Positions 20,885-29,745 of a stretch of DNA of 64,000 nt are shown here, piece by piece (position 1 is the first letter of the stretch; every line of letters starts with the position of its first letter). Position numbers and translations under genes: made by a program. Under the pieces are notes generated by a model. That model worked only from the letters and a program-made list of their open reading frames with translations. It was not told the DNA's origin and did not search any database. This stretch comes from Candidatus Omnitrophota bacterium (GTDB lineage Bacteria; Omnitrophota; Gorgyraeia; B26-G9; JBDRCZ01), in assembly GCA_043821285.1 (NCBI GenBank), contig JBDRCZ010000073.1:3564-67563 (forward strand), in the 5' to 3' direction.

Positions 20885-21973
20885 ATGAAAATCAGCAGAA
20901 ATATTTTTGCCAAACAATCGGGCGTTATCGCAGCCGGCGCAGTTATCGGGATTCTGGCGGTATTATTACAGAAATTCGGTAATCCGGGAAATATGGGAAT
21001 TTGTGTGGCGTGTTTTACCCGCGATATTGCCGGGTCATTAGGACTGCACCGCACGGCTGCGGTACAGTATCTGCGTCCGGAAATTTTTGGGATTATATTA
21101 GGTGCTTTTATTACCGCACTGATATTTAGCGAGTTTAAGCCGCGGGCAGGAACTTCTTCCATGATAAAGTTTTTTTTAGGCGCGTTTGCCATGATCGGCG
21201 CGCTGGTTTTTCTTGGCTGCCCGTGGCGGCTTTCGCTTCGCCTTGCAGCCGGTGACGGCCAGGCGCTGTTTGGGTTAGCGGGGTTGGTTAGCGGTATTTG
21301 GGCGGGTACGCGTTTTTTTGCTTTTGGATATAACCCCGGTACCTGGAGCAAAGCAAAGCCTTCTACCGGACTTTTGCTGCCTTTTTTTATCACAGGAATT
21401 TTGATTTTAAGCTTTGTATATCCGCCATTAAAAGAACAGGCCAAAAACGGTCTATTTTTCTACAGCATTGCCGGACCGGGAAGTATGCATGCGCCAATAT
21501 TAGTATCGCTTATTTTCGGAATGATTATCGGTTTTTTTCTTCAGCGCAGCCGGTTTTGCACGATCGGAGGGATACGTGATTTTCTCCTGTTTAAACAAAC
21601 CCATTTGTTAACCGGAGTAATCAGCCTGATAATATTTGCTTTTATCATGAATATTGTATTTGGATATTTTAAACCCGGGTTTATAAATCAACCCATAGCA
21701 CATTCAGAGGTAATATGGAACTTTTTAGGGATGATGCTTGCGGGCTTATCTTTTACGCTCGCGGGCGGCTGCCCGGGAAGACAGCTTGTTTTAGCCGGTG
21801 AAGGCGACGGTGATGCAGGGGTATTCTTTTTAGGTATGCTTAGCGGGGCAGGATACGCGCATAATTTTATGCTCGCGGCCACACCGCAAGGAGTCAGTCT
21901 AAACGGAAAGATTGCAGTGATTACCGGGTTGATAATCGTGCCGTTAATTGCCTGGGGTATGCGGGAAGAGTGA
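20885..21973 (+). CDS. yedE: YedE/YeeE family membrane protein (putative selenium/thiosulfate transporter)
   Basis: 362 aa polytopic membrane protein with the YedE family features (GNMGICVAC... and repeated halves); followed by a TusA-like yedF. Confidence 0.8.
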   Translation: MKISRNIFAKQSGVIAAGAVIGILAVLLQKFGNPGNMGICVACFTRDIAGSLGLHRTAAVQYLRPEIFGIILGAFITALIFSEFKPRAGTSSMIKFFLGAFAMIGALVFLGCPWRLSLRLAAGDGQALFGLAGLVSGIWAGTRFFAFGYNPGTWSKAKPSTGLLLPFFITGILILSFVYPPLKEQAKNGLFFYSIAGPGSMHAPILVSLIFGMIIGFFLQRSRFCTIGGIRDFLLFKQTHLLTGVISLIIFAFIMNIVFGYFKPGFINQPIAHSEVIWNFLGMMLAGLSFTLAGGCPGRQLVLAGEGDGDAGVFFLGMLSGAGYAHNFMLAATPQGVSLNGKIAVITGLIIVPLIAWGMREE

Positions 21974-22015
21974 GCGGCTAAGGGAATTTATTTGTTATGA
22001 ATATCGGAGGTTGGG

Positions 22016-22237
22016 ATGCGTGAAACTGTTGATGCCCGCGGTTTTTTATGTCCGCAGCCGTTAATGATGCTGGTTAAAAAAATGAAAGAAATCCCAAACG
22101 GGTCTTTTGACATTTTAATTAATGACGAGACCGCGAAAGAAAACGTATGCCGGACCATCACCGGCCGGGGCGGGAAGATCGGTGGTATCGTTAATGCTGG
22201 TGAGTATTATCGGATTTCTGTTTTGAGCGGGGAATAG
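22016..22237 (+). CDS. yedF: TusA/YedF-like sulfur/selenium carrier protein (CPxP motif)
   Basis: 73 aa, GFLCPQP = CPxP active-site motif of the TusA/SirA family. Confidence 0.75.
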   Translation: MRETVDARGFLCPQPLMMLVKKMKEIPNGSFDILINDETAKENVCRTITGRGGKIGGIVNAGEYYRISVLSGE

Positions 22238-22241
22238 GAAC

Positions 22242-23408
22242 ATGGTTTTTAACACAAAGCATAGTATTATTTATGCGGATAACGCGGCAACAACATGGCC
22301 AAAACCGCAGTGCGTCATTGGAGCCATGCGGAATTTCTTTTTTAATGTTGGGGCAAGTCCCGGCCGGTCCGGGCACCGTATGTCGCTTAATTCCGCACAA
22401 ATACTTTTTGCCGCGCGGGAGGAGATTGCTGATTTTTTCGGGCTTAATAATTCCCAGAACGTTATTTTTACTCTAAACGCGACGTATGCCCTGAATATTG
22501 CGATTAAAGGGATACTCAAAAAAGGGGCACATGTGATTGTCTCGTCTTTTGAGCATAATTCAGTTATCCGGCCGCTGACTTATCTTAAAGAGCGGGAAAA
22601 AATATCGATTACCCGCATTCCGCAAGATTCCAGACGGCAGTTTGCGCTAAAAGCGTTTGAACAATCTTTCCGGGCAAACACACAGCTTGTTATAATAAAT
22701 CATGCCTCAAACGTGACCGGCGCAATTATGCCGGTAAAAAAGATTGGACAAATATGCAAAAAGAAGAAGGTCCCGTTATTAGTCGATGCCGCGCAAACCG
22801 CCGGGGCAATCCCGATTAACGTAAAAGATGAGGCAATTGATCTGCTCGCGTTTACCGGGCATAAAAGCCTTATGGGTCCGCAGGGGACCGGCGGGCTCTG
22901 CATAGCCGGCTGCCAGCCCCAGACACTTTTTCACGGAGGCACGGGAAGCTATTCAGAGCAAGAATCCCATCCGGATTTTATGCCGGATAGATTAGAGGCC
23001 GGTACGCCGAATATCATCGGGATTGCCGGATTACGCGCGGGCATACAGTACCTCAAAGATACGGGTATTGATACAATCGTTAAAAAAGAGCGGCTTCTTG
23101 CGGAAAAATTAGTTAATGGTCTGCGTGCCTGCAAGAATGTTATGGTTTGTGGAACGGATACTTTGGAAGAGCGGCTGCCGATATTATCTTTTAATATAAA
23201 AGGTAAGCGAGCCGATGAAGTGGGTGTCCGGTTAGACAAAGAGTTTAATATCATGACGCGTGTGGGGCTTCATTGCGCGCCTGCGGCGCATAAAGCAATA
23301 GGCACGTTTCCTCACGGTACAGTAAGAATAAGCCTGAGTTTTATGAATACTGAGGACAGCGCGGACCGGATCATCTCAGCGGTACGGACAATTGCAGAAA
23401 GAGCATGA
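22242..23408 (+). CDS. cysteine desulfurase / selenocysteine lyase-like aminotransferase class V
   Basis: NifS/CsdA-like; SFEHNSV, TGHKSLMGPQGTGGL (PLP-Lys region), catalytic Cys region; located in the selenium cluster. Confidence 0.8.
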   Translation: MVFNTKHSIIYADNAATTWPKPQCVIGAMRNFFFNVGASPGRSGHRMSLNSAQILFAAREEIADFFGLNNSQNVIFTLNATYALNIAIKGILKKGAHVIVSSFEHNSVIRPLTYLKEREKISITRIPQDSRRQFALKAFEQSFRANTQLVIINHASNVTGAIMPVKKIGQICKKKKVPLLVDAAQTAGAIPINVKDEAIDLLAFTGHKSLMGPQGTGGLCIAGCQPQTLFHGGTGSYSEQESHPDFMPDRLEAGTPNIIGIAGLRAGIQYLKDTGIDTIVKKERLLAEKLVNGLRACKNVMVCGTDTLEERLPILSFNIKGKRADEVGVRLDKEFNIMTRVGLHCAPAAHKAIGTFPHGTVRISLSFMNTEDSADRIISAVRTIAERA

Positions 23409-23608
23409 TAATTCTTGTATTTGAGTCAACGTATTTTCTCATGCGTGCCCAGAAAAGTTTAATGCAGCGCAATATCAGGCATGAGGTTATTCCTACACCC
23501 CGGGATATCTCTTCAGATTGCGGCATGGCAATCAGAGTAGATGCTGACGTAAAAGAGAGCGCAATAGAGACATTACGTAAGGCAAACGTTAAGGTTATGA
23601 TGAAATAA
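23405..23608 (+). CDS. DUF3343-like small protein (putative Se/S carrier associated with selD/cysteine desulfurase)
   Basis: 67 aa; sits between the cysteine desulfurase and selD, a position and size typical of DUF3343. Family recalled, not searched. Confidence 0.45.
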   Translation: MIILVFESTYFLMRAQKSLMQRNIRHEVIPTPRDISSDCGMAIRVDADVKESAIETLRKANVKVMMK

Positions 23609-23621
23609 AAGAGAGTATACT

Positions 23622-24665
23622 ATGGACGTTGATTTGCTTGCGACAATTGAGAGCGGAGGATGCTCCGCGAAGATATCCGCGCAGGCCCTGCGCGAGGCCC
23701 TGCGTGGTCTGCCTAAGATTACTGATGAACGGCTGCTCGTTAACATTGACACACACGATGATGCCGGCGTATATAAACTCACCGAAGATATTGCACTTAT
23801 TCATACCACTGATTTTTTCCCGCCGGTTTGTTCAGAGCCGTATGAATTCGGACAGATCGCCGCGGCTAATTCCTTAAGTGATGTATATGCTATGGGCGGA
23901 AAAGCAATCTCCGCGCTTAACCTGGTAATGTTCCCGTCAAAAAAGATGTCACTTGAAGTTTTAAAGGAAATACTGCGCGGCGGCAGTGATATGCTCCAGC
24001 AGGCGGATGCAGTAATCGCCGGCGGGCATACGATTGATGATGACCCTTTAAAATACGGTCTTGCGGTTACCGGCATCGTACATCCTGAAAGAATAATAAC
24101 AAATACTGCGGCACAGCATGGCGATATACTTGTACTTACAAAACCTCTGGGGGTTGGGATTATTATTAGCGCTAGGAAACTGAACATAGTTAGTGACGAA
24201 CACTATGATGTTGCATTAAATACCATGAAACAGCTCAATGCAAAAGGCGCGCAAATCATGCAGCAGTTCAATGTAAAAGGAGCAACCGATATTACCGGCT
24301 TCGGCCTGCTCGGGCATGCCTTAAAGATGGCTTATGCGAGCAGAGTGACCATGGAAATTCATGCGGATAAACTTCCTTTTTTACCGGGCGCTTACGAACT
24401 TGCCGAGCGCGGATGTTTACCGTGCGGGGTGTTTAAAAACCAGCAGTTTACAGAACAGGACACAGAGATTTCAGAAGGTGTTGATTTTAATAAAATCATG
24501 ATTGCATCTGACGCACAGACTTCCGGCGGCCTGCTCATTTCAATTGCTGCGGCTAAAGCAGAGGATTTAGTATTAGCCTGTCATAAGGCCGGATATCACG
24601 AAGCCCGAATAATTGGCAAAGTAACAAACAAAAAACAAAAATTTCTCCTATTCCGGCAACAATAG
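23622..24665 (+). CDS. selD: selenophosphate synthetase (selenide, water dikinase), Cys-type
   Basis: N-terminal SGGCSAKIS (matches E. coli GAGCGCKIS, Cys not Sec); DDAGVY, TTDFF, AGGHTIDD, PLGVGII align with E. coli SelD. Confidence 0.93.
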   Translation: MDVDLLATIESGGCSAKISAQALREALRGLPKITDERLLVNIDTHDDAGVYKLTEDIALIHTTDFFPPVCSEPYEFGQIAAANSLSDVYAMGGKAISALNLVMFPSKKMSLEVLKEILRGGSDMLQQADAVIAGGHTIDDDPLKYGLAVTGIVHPERIITNTAAQHGDILVLTKPLGVGIIISARKLNIVSDEHYDVALNTMKQLNAKGAQIMQQFNVKGATDITGFGLLGHALKMAYASRVTMEIHADKLPFLPGAYELAERGCLPCGVFKNQQFTEQDTEISEGVDFNKIMIASDAQTSGGLLISIAAAKAEDLVLACHKAGYHEARIIGKVTNKKQKFLLFRQQ

Positions 24666-25235
24666 TACTTTGTCAAATTAATTTTTAGCCTGTCAGAGCA
24701 CAGGAGCAATCGAGATGACTTTTCCCGTGCAATGCGGTATTTTTTAGCTTATTATTATTTATAGACGTAGTACATACATGTCCAAATCAGCTAAAAGAAG
24801 TCAAAGCAAAGTTGAAGTTCAGATTTTGGGAGTTTAGATTTATCACAGACAATAATAGGGGACATACTATATAATTTGTCAAACCAAAATGAAGGCAATA
24901 GGAAAGTTGAGAGAAAAATTAAATATTTTAATTTAGAGTCATTGTCTCTGTTGGTTATCGTGTTAATTCAAAACGCGGTACTGAGTTCCGGATTTGGGTA
25001 ACAGAGGTATTAAAACAGCACCGTGATTGATTTTTTAATTGTTGCATTTGCGATTTTCATGGTGGTGAAAGGAATTAACAATCTGAAAAAGAAGCAGGGT
25101 TAACTTTGGGAAAGGAGGACGTCATGAAAATGAATTGGCAAGCTGTAAAGAATGTTTTTGTACTAGTCGGATGACCGGAAAAAGCAAAACATTTTCCGGG
25201 TATGAAGATACCCCGTATTTTGTGACGGGGCATCT

Positions 25236-25610
25236 TCATTTGCGGATTAATACACGGTTTTTTAAGGTCTTTGCTTTAAAGAATTTTTTCGTGAATTCTC
25301 TGGCCTGTTTCGAATTAAAAGACTGGCAGGAAAATATATTTATGTAAGCCGTGTTCCAGAGCTCAGAAAAATGGCCGGTTATAGAACTAGTTTCAATAAA
25401 CTGCAGAAGAGAATACCCCTTGGTGAAATCACTGCTTAATCCGAAATAGGGCAGTAAGGTCTTTCCGTATTTTTTCATTTTAATCAAAGTGCATAATTTG
25501 TCTACATAAATTTGCAGTTTTTTGCGCGAACTAATAATTTTAGGATCACAGTCGAACAAGTCCAGCACTAATTCCATGCCGTAATTTTTTCTTTTTTCTG
25601 ATTTTTTCAT
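25236..25610 (-). CDS. S-adenosylmethionine decarboxylase-like pyruvoyl enzyme paralogue
   Basis: LVLDLFDCD and IETSSITGHFSE resemble the small bacterial AdoMetDC family (ES-S cleavage motif variant). Confidence 0.55.
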   Translation of the reverse strand: MKKSEKRKNYGMELVLDLFDCDPKIISSRKKLQIYVDKLCTLIKMKKYGKTLLPYFGLSSDFTKGYSLLQFIETSSITGHFSELWNTAYINIFSCQSFNSKQAREFTKKFFKAKTLKNRVLIRK

Positions 25611-26563
25611 TATTTCATCCTCTCCTTTATGTAATTAGGTAAGGCAAATGAAGCCTTATGTATTTCGGGGTTGTAGTAACGGGCATTTAGTTTTAATTGC
25701 GCATAACGTGTTGTGATACGGTGGAAATTAAGTTTATCGACTGAGATACTTGGTGAAGCATATACAATCGTGAACATTCCCCCGATATAGGTGGGAATGG
25801 ATGTAGTATAGGGGTTGACATATTTAAATAGCCTTTTAATTTTTCTAACTGCTAAAATAAGTTCGGATATTTGTGTTGTGCTCGAACCGCTTTGGCGGAC
25901 AATAATGCCTTTTGCGGTTATGATTTTTTTCAGATTTTTGTAGAAGGTTTTTGAAAAAAGCACTTTTGCCGGGCCTATCGGATCAGGAGAATCGATAATC
26001 ACCACATCGAATTTTTCCTGAGTTTTTTTAATAAACTCTGCCCCGTCATCAATAATAATAACCGACCGCTGATCACGGAAGGCATTTTTGCAGATTGAAG
26101 ACAGATATTTTTTGCAGACGGAAATCACGGTGGGATCAAGTTCTACCAGACAGGCTTTTTTTACGGGATGTTTTAAAACTTCACGCAGAATGCCGCCATC
26201 TCCTCCGCCGATGATTAATATGTTTTTCGGCGCCGGGTGTGAAAAGAGTGGCAGATGCGACATCATTTCGTGATAAATAAATTCGTCTTTTTCCGTAGTC
26301 TGAATTATGCCGTCAAGCACTAAGGCTTTTCCAAAACGGTAAGTATCATAGATGTTAATGCGCTGGAATTTGCTTCGTTCGGTAAAGATCGTATCTTTTA
26401 TCGCCAGTCCCAGCTGCATATCCTGATATAAGGCTTCTCGGTACCAATTATTATACATAGTCGAATATGCCCCGTTTGACATCCATGATCTGGATCTTTT
26501 TCGGTTTAAAACCGTTTTTAAAAACGGATATTGCCTTATAGGGACTTGCGTTACCGCAGACAA
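25610..26563 (-). CDS. speE: spermidine synthase (true start probably at the internal Met near 26458)
   Basis: DGIIQTTEKDEFIYHEMMSH, IIGGGDGGILREV, DSPDPIGPA, IPTYIGG align with E. coli SpeE. Longest ORF overlaps speH by about 110 nt, so the internal start MYNNWY is more likely. Confidence 0.9.
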   Translation of the reverse strand: MSAVTQVPIRQYPFLKTVLNRKRSRSWMSNGAYSTMYNNWYREALYQDMQLGLAIKDTIFTERSKFQRINIYDTYRFGKALVLDGIIQTTEKDEFIYHEMMSHLPLFSHPAPKNILIIGGGDGGILREVLKHPVKKACLVELDPTVISVCKKYLSSICKNAFRDQRSVIIIDDGAEFIKKTQEKFDVVIIDSPDPIGPAKVLFSKTFYKNLKKIITAKGIIVRQSGSSTTQISELILAVRKIKRLFKYVNPYTTSIPTYIGGMFTIVYASPSISVDKLNFHRITTRYAQLKLNARYYNPEIHKASFALPNYIKERMK

Positions 26564-26834
26564 ATATATCTAATGCGGCATATTTGAATTCCGGCCAGGT
26601 GTGAATAGTTATGTGCGACTCTTTTATAACCGCAACTCCGGATATCCCGTTAAAAGGAGAAAAACGATGTAAGTCTATGCTTAGTAGTGTCACATCGCAG
26701 GCTTTGACTGCCGCAAGTAAAGTTTTCTTGACTAATTTTACCGAATTAATATTTTTTGCCCCCCACAACTCAATTAAGAGATGGGTGCCGGCGTATGTTA
26801 TATTATCATTTTTACAATAAAATCCTTTTTTCAT
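26451..26834 (-). CDS. speH: S-adenosylmethionine decarboxylase proenzyme (small pyruvoyl type)
   Basis: IELWGAK...GVAVIKESHITIHTWPE...DIFVCG matches Bacillus-type SpeH, including the ES/H cleavage motif. Confidence 0.85.
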   Translation of the reverse strand: MKKGFYCKNDNITYAGTHLLIELWGAKNINSVKLVKKTLLAAVKACDVTLLSIDLHRFSPFNGISGVAVIKESHITIHTWPEFKYAALDIFVCGNASPYKAISVFKNGFKPKKIQIMDVKRGIFDYV

Positions 26835-27088
26835 TTTATCCGTTATTATCCTTTTATCGTCCCACCTTCTTTTCTTTCGGGATTAGCTATTCTCCCCTGA
26901 TAAAATAATATATAAAAACAGAATAAATTTCAAGTAAAAAATTACAAATGAACAATTTTTTCACTTTATCTGTTTCTGTGGTAAAACCGCAGACTTTTAA
27001 TTTTTAAGATAAAAAAGTCAATATAACAATATTTCTATGCTATAATATTTATATCCCCTGATGATAAGAAGTTCTGGAAAAAGTTTAT

Positions 27089-28081
27089 ATGTGCACGATC
27101 GGCATGCGAGTTTGTTTTATGTTAGCAATAAAAAGTGTTTTTATTGTATTTATAATTTTATTTACGAAGTCTATTATATTTGCGTTACCGGAAGGGGTAA
27201 TTGTGGACAAGTTAAAAATGCATGTTGAAACACTTTCTTCTGAAATTGGTGAAAGAAATGCTTATGATTTTGAGAGCCTTGAGCGGGCCAGAAAATATAT
27301 AACGGATAAATTTAAGGAATATGGATATTGCGCAGCTTATGAAGAGTATAATATTGACCACATCCCGGATAAAAAATTTTATAATATTATTGCCGAAAAG
27401 AAAGGAGAGGCAAAACATAACGAGGTAATTATTATAGGGGCGCATTATGACTCATGTCCCGGGACAGTTGGGGCAGATGATAATGCCACCGGAGTGTCAA
27501 TGCTGCTTGAACTGGCAAGGGTACTTAATAAGATTAAATTTAGCCGGACGATAAAATTTATCGCGTTTGTTAATGAAGAACCGCCTTTTTTTAAAACTGA
27601 ACACATGGGCAGCTTCATTTATGCCCGAGGGGCAAAAAGACGCAAAGAAAAGATTGTTTACATGTTTGCACTGGAAAGCATTGGCTACTATGTAGAAGAA
27701 AAAAACTCACAGCACTATCCTCCGGGGCTTTCGTTTTTTTATCCGGATAAGGGAAATTTTATTGCTTTTGTCAGTAATCTTGGCGGGATTTTTTCTCTAA
27801 AGAAATGCGCAAATATTTTTCGCCGGCATAGCACTCTGCCGGCAGAAGTTCTTGCGGCACCGGCAATACTCAGCGGAGTGGATTTTTCTGACCACTGGTC
27901 ATTCTGGCAGCATAATTATCCGGGGATAATGATTACCGATACTGCCTTTTACCGCAACCCGTATTATCATACAATAATGGACACACCGGAAACAGTTAAT
28001 TATAGAAAATTAGCCGAGCTTTTTGAAGGATTAAAACAGGTGTTGATAGAATTATCGGGGAAAGTAGAAAGTAAAAAATAA
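27089..28081 (+). CDS. M28 family zinc peptidase (secreted/membrane-anchored aminopeptidase-like)
   Basis: N-terminal hydrophobic segment; IIGAHYDSCPG...GADDNATGVSMLLELAR...NEEPPF metal-ligand motifs of M28. Confidence 0.8.
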   Translation: MCTIGMRVCFMLAIKSVFIVFIILFTKSIIFALPEGVIVDKLKMHVETLSSEIGERNAYDFESLERARKYITDKFKEYGYCAAYEEYNIDHIPDKKFYNIIAEKKGEAKHNEVIIIGAHYDSCPGTVGADDNATGVSMLLELARVLNKIKFSRTIKFIAFVNEEPPFFKTEHMGSFIYARGAKRRKEKIVYMFALESIGYYVEEKNSQHYPPGLSFFYPDKGNFIAFVSNLGGIFSLKKCANIFRRHSTLPAEVLAAPAILSGVDFSDHWSFWQHNYPGIMITDTAFYRNPYYHTIMDTPETVNYRKLAELFEGLKQVLIELSGKVESKK

Positions 28082-28114
28082 TTTTGCTGCAACGAACTGT
28101 TACTCCCAGCACTA

Positions 28115-29446
28115 TCAGCTTTTTAAGCCGTCGGTGCTGGCTGTGAAATTCGAATCTGATACCGTGTAAAGTTTATCAAGCGGACTTTCGGGGGCGTAGG
28201 ACATATCCCTTAACACGTGCGTGTAGACCATTGTTGTTTCAACGTTTTTATGTCCTAATAAGGATTGAATTTCTCTGATATTTACCCCATTCATTAAAAG
28301 GTGGGTGGCAAAACTGTGTCTTAGCGTATGCACGCTGGCATGTTTAACAATTCCGGCTTTTCTAACTGCCTCTCTCACTGCATTCTGTACAGCCTTTTCG
28401 CTTATATGATGGCGTCTTACTTTCCCGCCACGTGGATCAATGGACAACTTGGATGAAGGAAAAACATATTGCCAGCCCCAATCCATCGCGGCAGCAGGAT
28501 ATTTACGCATAAGCCCATCCGGCAAATATACGGCGCCGCATCCTGCCTTAATATCCTTGCGATGTATCGTTTTTACTTCCTCCAAATACTGACATAATTT
28601 TCCTTTAATACACTTTGGCAGTATAGTTGTCCGGTCTTTATCCCCTTTGCCGCTGCGAACAAATATCAGTCCAGCACCAAAATCAATATCTTTTACCCGT
28701 AAGCGTGCAAGTTCCATCAGCCGAAGACCTGAACCGTACAATAACTGTAAAATCAAGAGGTGTTTTCCCGCCATATGTCTGAATAACTCCTTAACTTCCT
28801 CAACCGTTAAAACAACCGGCAGTTTAAGTCCACGTTTGGCTCTGACCGTTTGCCCCAGGTTTTTAAGCTCCGTCCCCAGCACAAGTCTGAAAAAGAAAAG
28901 TAAGGCATTGAATGCCTGATTCTGAGTCGAAGATGAAACCCGCTGTTTTATTGCTAAATGGCTCAGGAAATCATGCACATCCCCCGATTCAAACCCACAA
29001 ACCTTAATATCCTTCTGTTTGACCTTAATAACATAATCGTAAAAACGGTTGAACCAAGCGAGGTATGAACGTTCGGTTCTATAAGAATAATGCTTTATGC
29101 GCATTGCTTCGCGCGCTTTGTTAAGCATATGGGTTTGATTCAAATGTTCTTTGCTTGCGACTTGAGGTTTGTTTGGATAAAGACCTGAAGCATCGCCTTT
29201 AAGGAAATGCCCAATATATAAACGCAGAGCTTGCTGGGCCTGCTCTAACTGCCAATCAGCAGCCTTTTCATCTGCCTTCAAGATAAGCAAAAAGCGCTCA
29301 GTGCGTAAATTCTGATGGAGGCTTTCATTGTTATTTGAAAAAGATAGAAATTTGCTTACCCAAAAGGCATAGTAAGGAACATTCTTTTCCGGGGCAAGCT
29401 TGCGGGAAAGCAAAAAATCTTGAAACTCCGGCAAAACATTGGACAT
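28115..29446 (-). CDS. intI: integron integrase IntI (tyrosine recombinase) with about 105-aa N-terminal extension; canonical 338-aa form would start at the Met at 29131
   Basis: C-terminal HTLRHSFATHLL...GHKNVETTMVYTHV catalytic region. IntI-specific additional segment (DPRGGKVRRHHISEKAVQNAVREAV). N-terminal AMRIKHYSYRTERSYLAWFNRF matches the IntI1 LRVRHYSLRTEQAYVHWVRAF box. Divergent from an attI/cassette array. Confidence 0.9.
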   Translation of the reverse strand: MSNVLPEFQDFLLSRKLAPEKNVPYYAFWVSKFLSFSNNNESLHQNLRTERFLLILKADEKAADWQLEQAQQALRLYIGHFLKGDASGLYPNKPQVASKEHLNQTHMLNKAREAMRIKHYSYRTERSYLAWFNRFYDYVIKVKQKDIKVCGFESGDVHDFLSHLAIKQRVSSSTQNQAFNALLFFFRLVLGTELKNLGQTVRAKRGLKLPVVLTVEEVKELFRHMAGKHLLILQLLYGSGLRLMELARLRVKDIDFGAGLIFVRSGKGDKDRTTILPKCIKGKLCQYLEEVKTIHRKDIKAGCGAVYLPDGLMRKYPAAAMDWGWQYVFPSSKLSIDPRGGKVRRHHISEKAVQNAVREAVRKAGIVKHASVHTLRHSFATHLLMNGVNIREIQSLLGHKNVETTMVYTHVLRDMSYAPESPLDKLYTVSDSNFTASTDGLKS

Positions 29447-29540
29447 CTTTCACCTTCTTTATGTAGAAATTTCCTAAATATATCAATATGCGTATATTAT
29501 GATATTATATAACAAATACGGATATTCGTCAAGAAGTATC

Positions 29541-29570
29541 TTGACATTTGTGCTCAAATGATGATAAAAT
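29541..29570 (+). promoter_or_regulatory. candidate cassette promoter Pc (TTGACA-N18-TAAAAT) facing the cassette array
   Basis: TTGACA 29541-29546, TAAAAT 29565-29570, located in the attI region between intI and the first cassette. Confidence 0.5.
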
Positions 29571-29633
29571 ATACAATGTTTAAGGCTGCGCAGATAATAA
29601 AAAGAAAAAAATAAGACACTTCGTCTATTTATT

Positions 29634-29640
29634 GTTAGAT
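29634..29640 (+). other. attI core recombination site GTTAGAT
   Basis: Only GTTRRRY core between Pc and the first cassette ORF; first cassette starts here. Confidence 0.45.
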
Positions 29641-29745
29641 GTGAAATATATTGATTTATAAAATGAAAAAAATATCTTTTTAGTTGTTTTTATAGCTTCA
29701 CTTTGTTGTGGAGTAAACACCGAAAATGCACACACGGAGGAAATT

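Noticed and set aside
20623-21444. 273-aa minus-strand ORF
   Set aside because: Antisense to yedE. The translation is Pro/Ala/Arg-rich mirror sequence typical of shadow ORFs opposite GC-richer genes.
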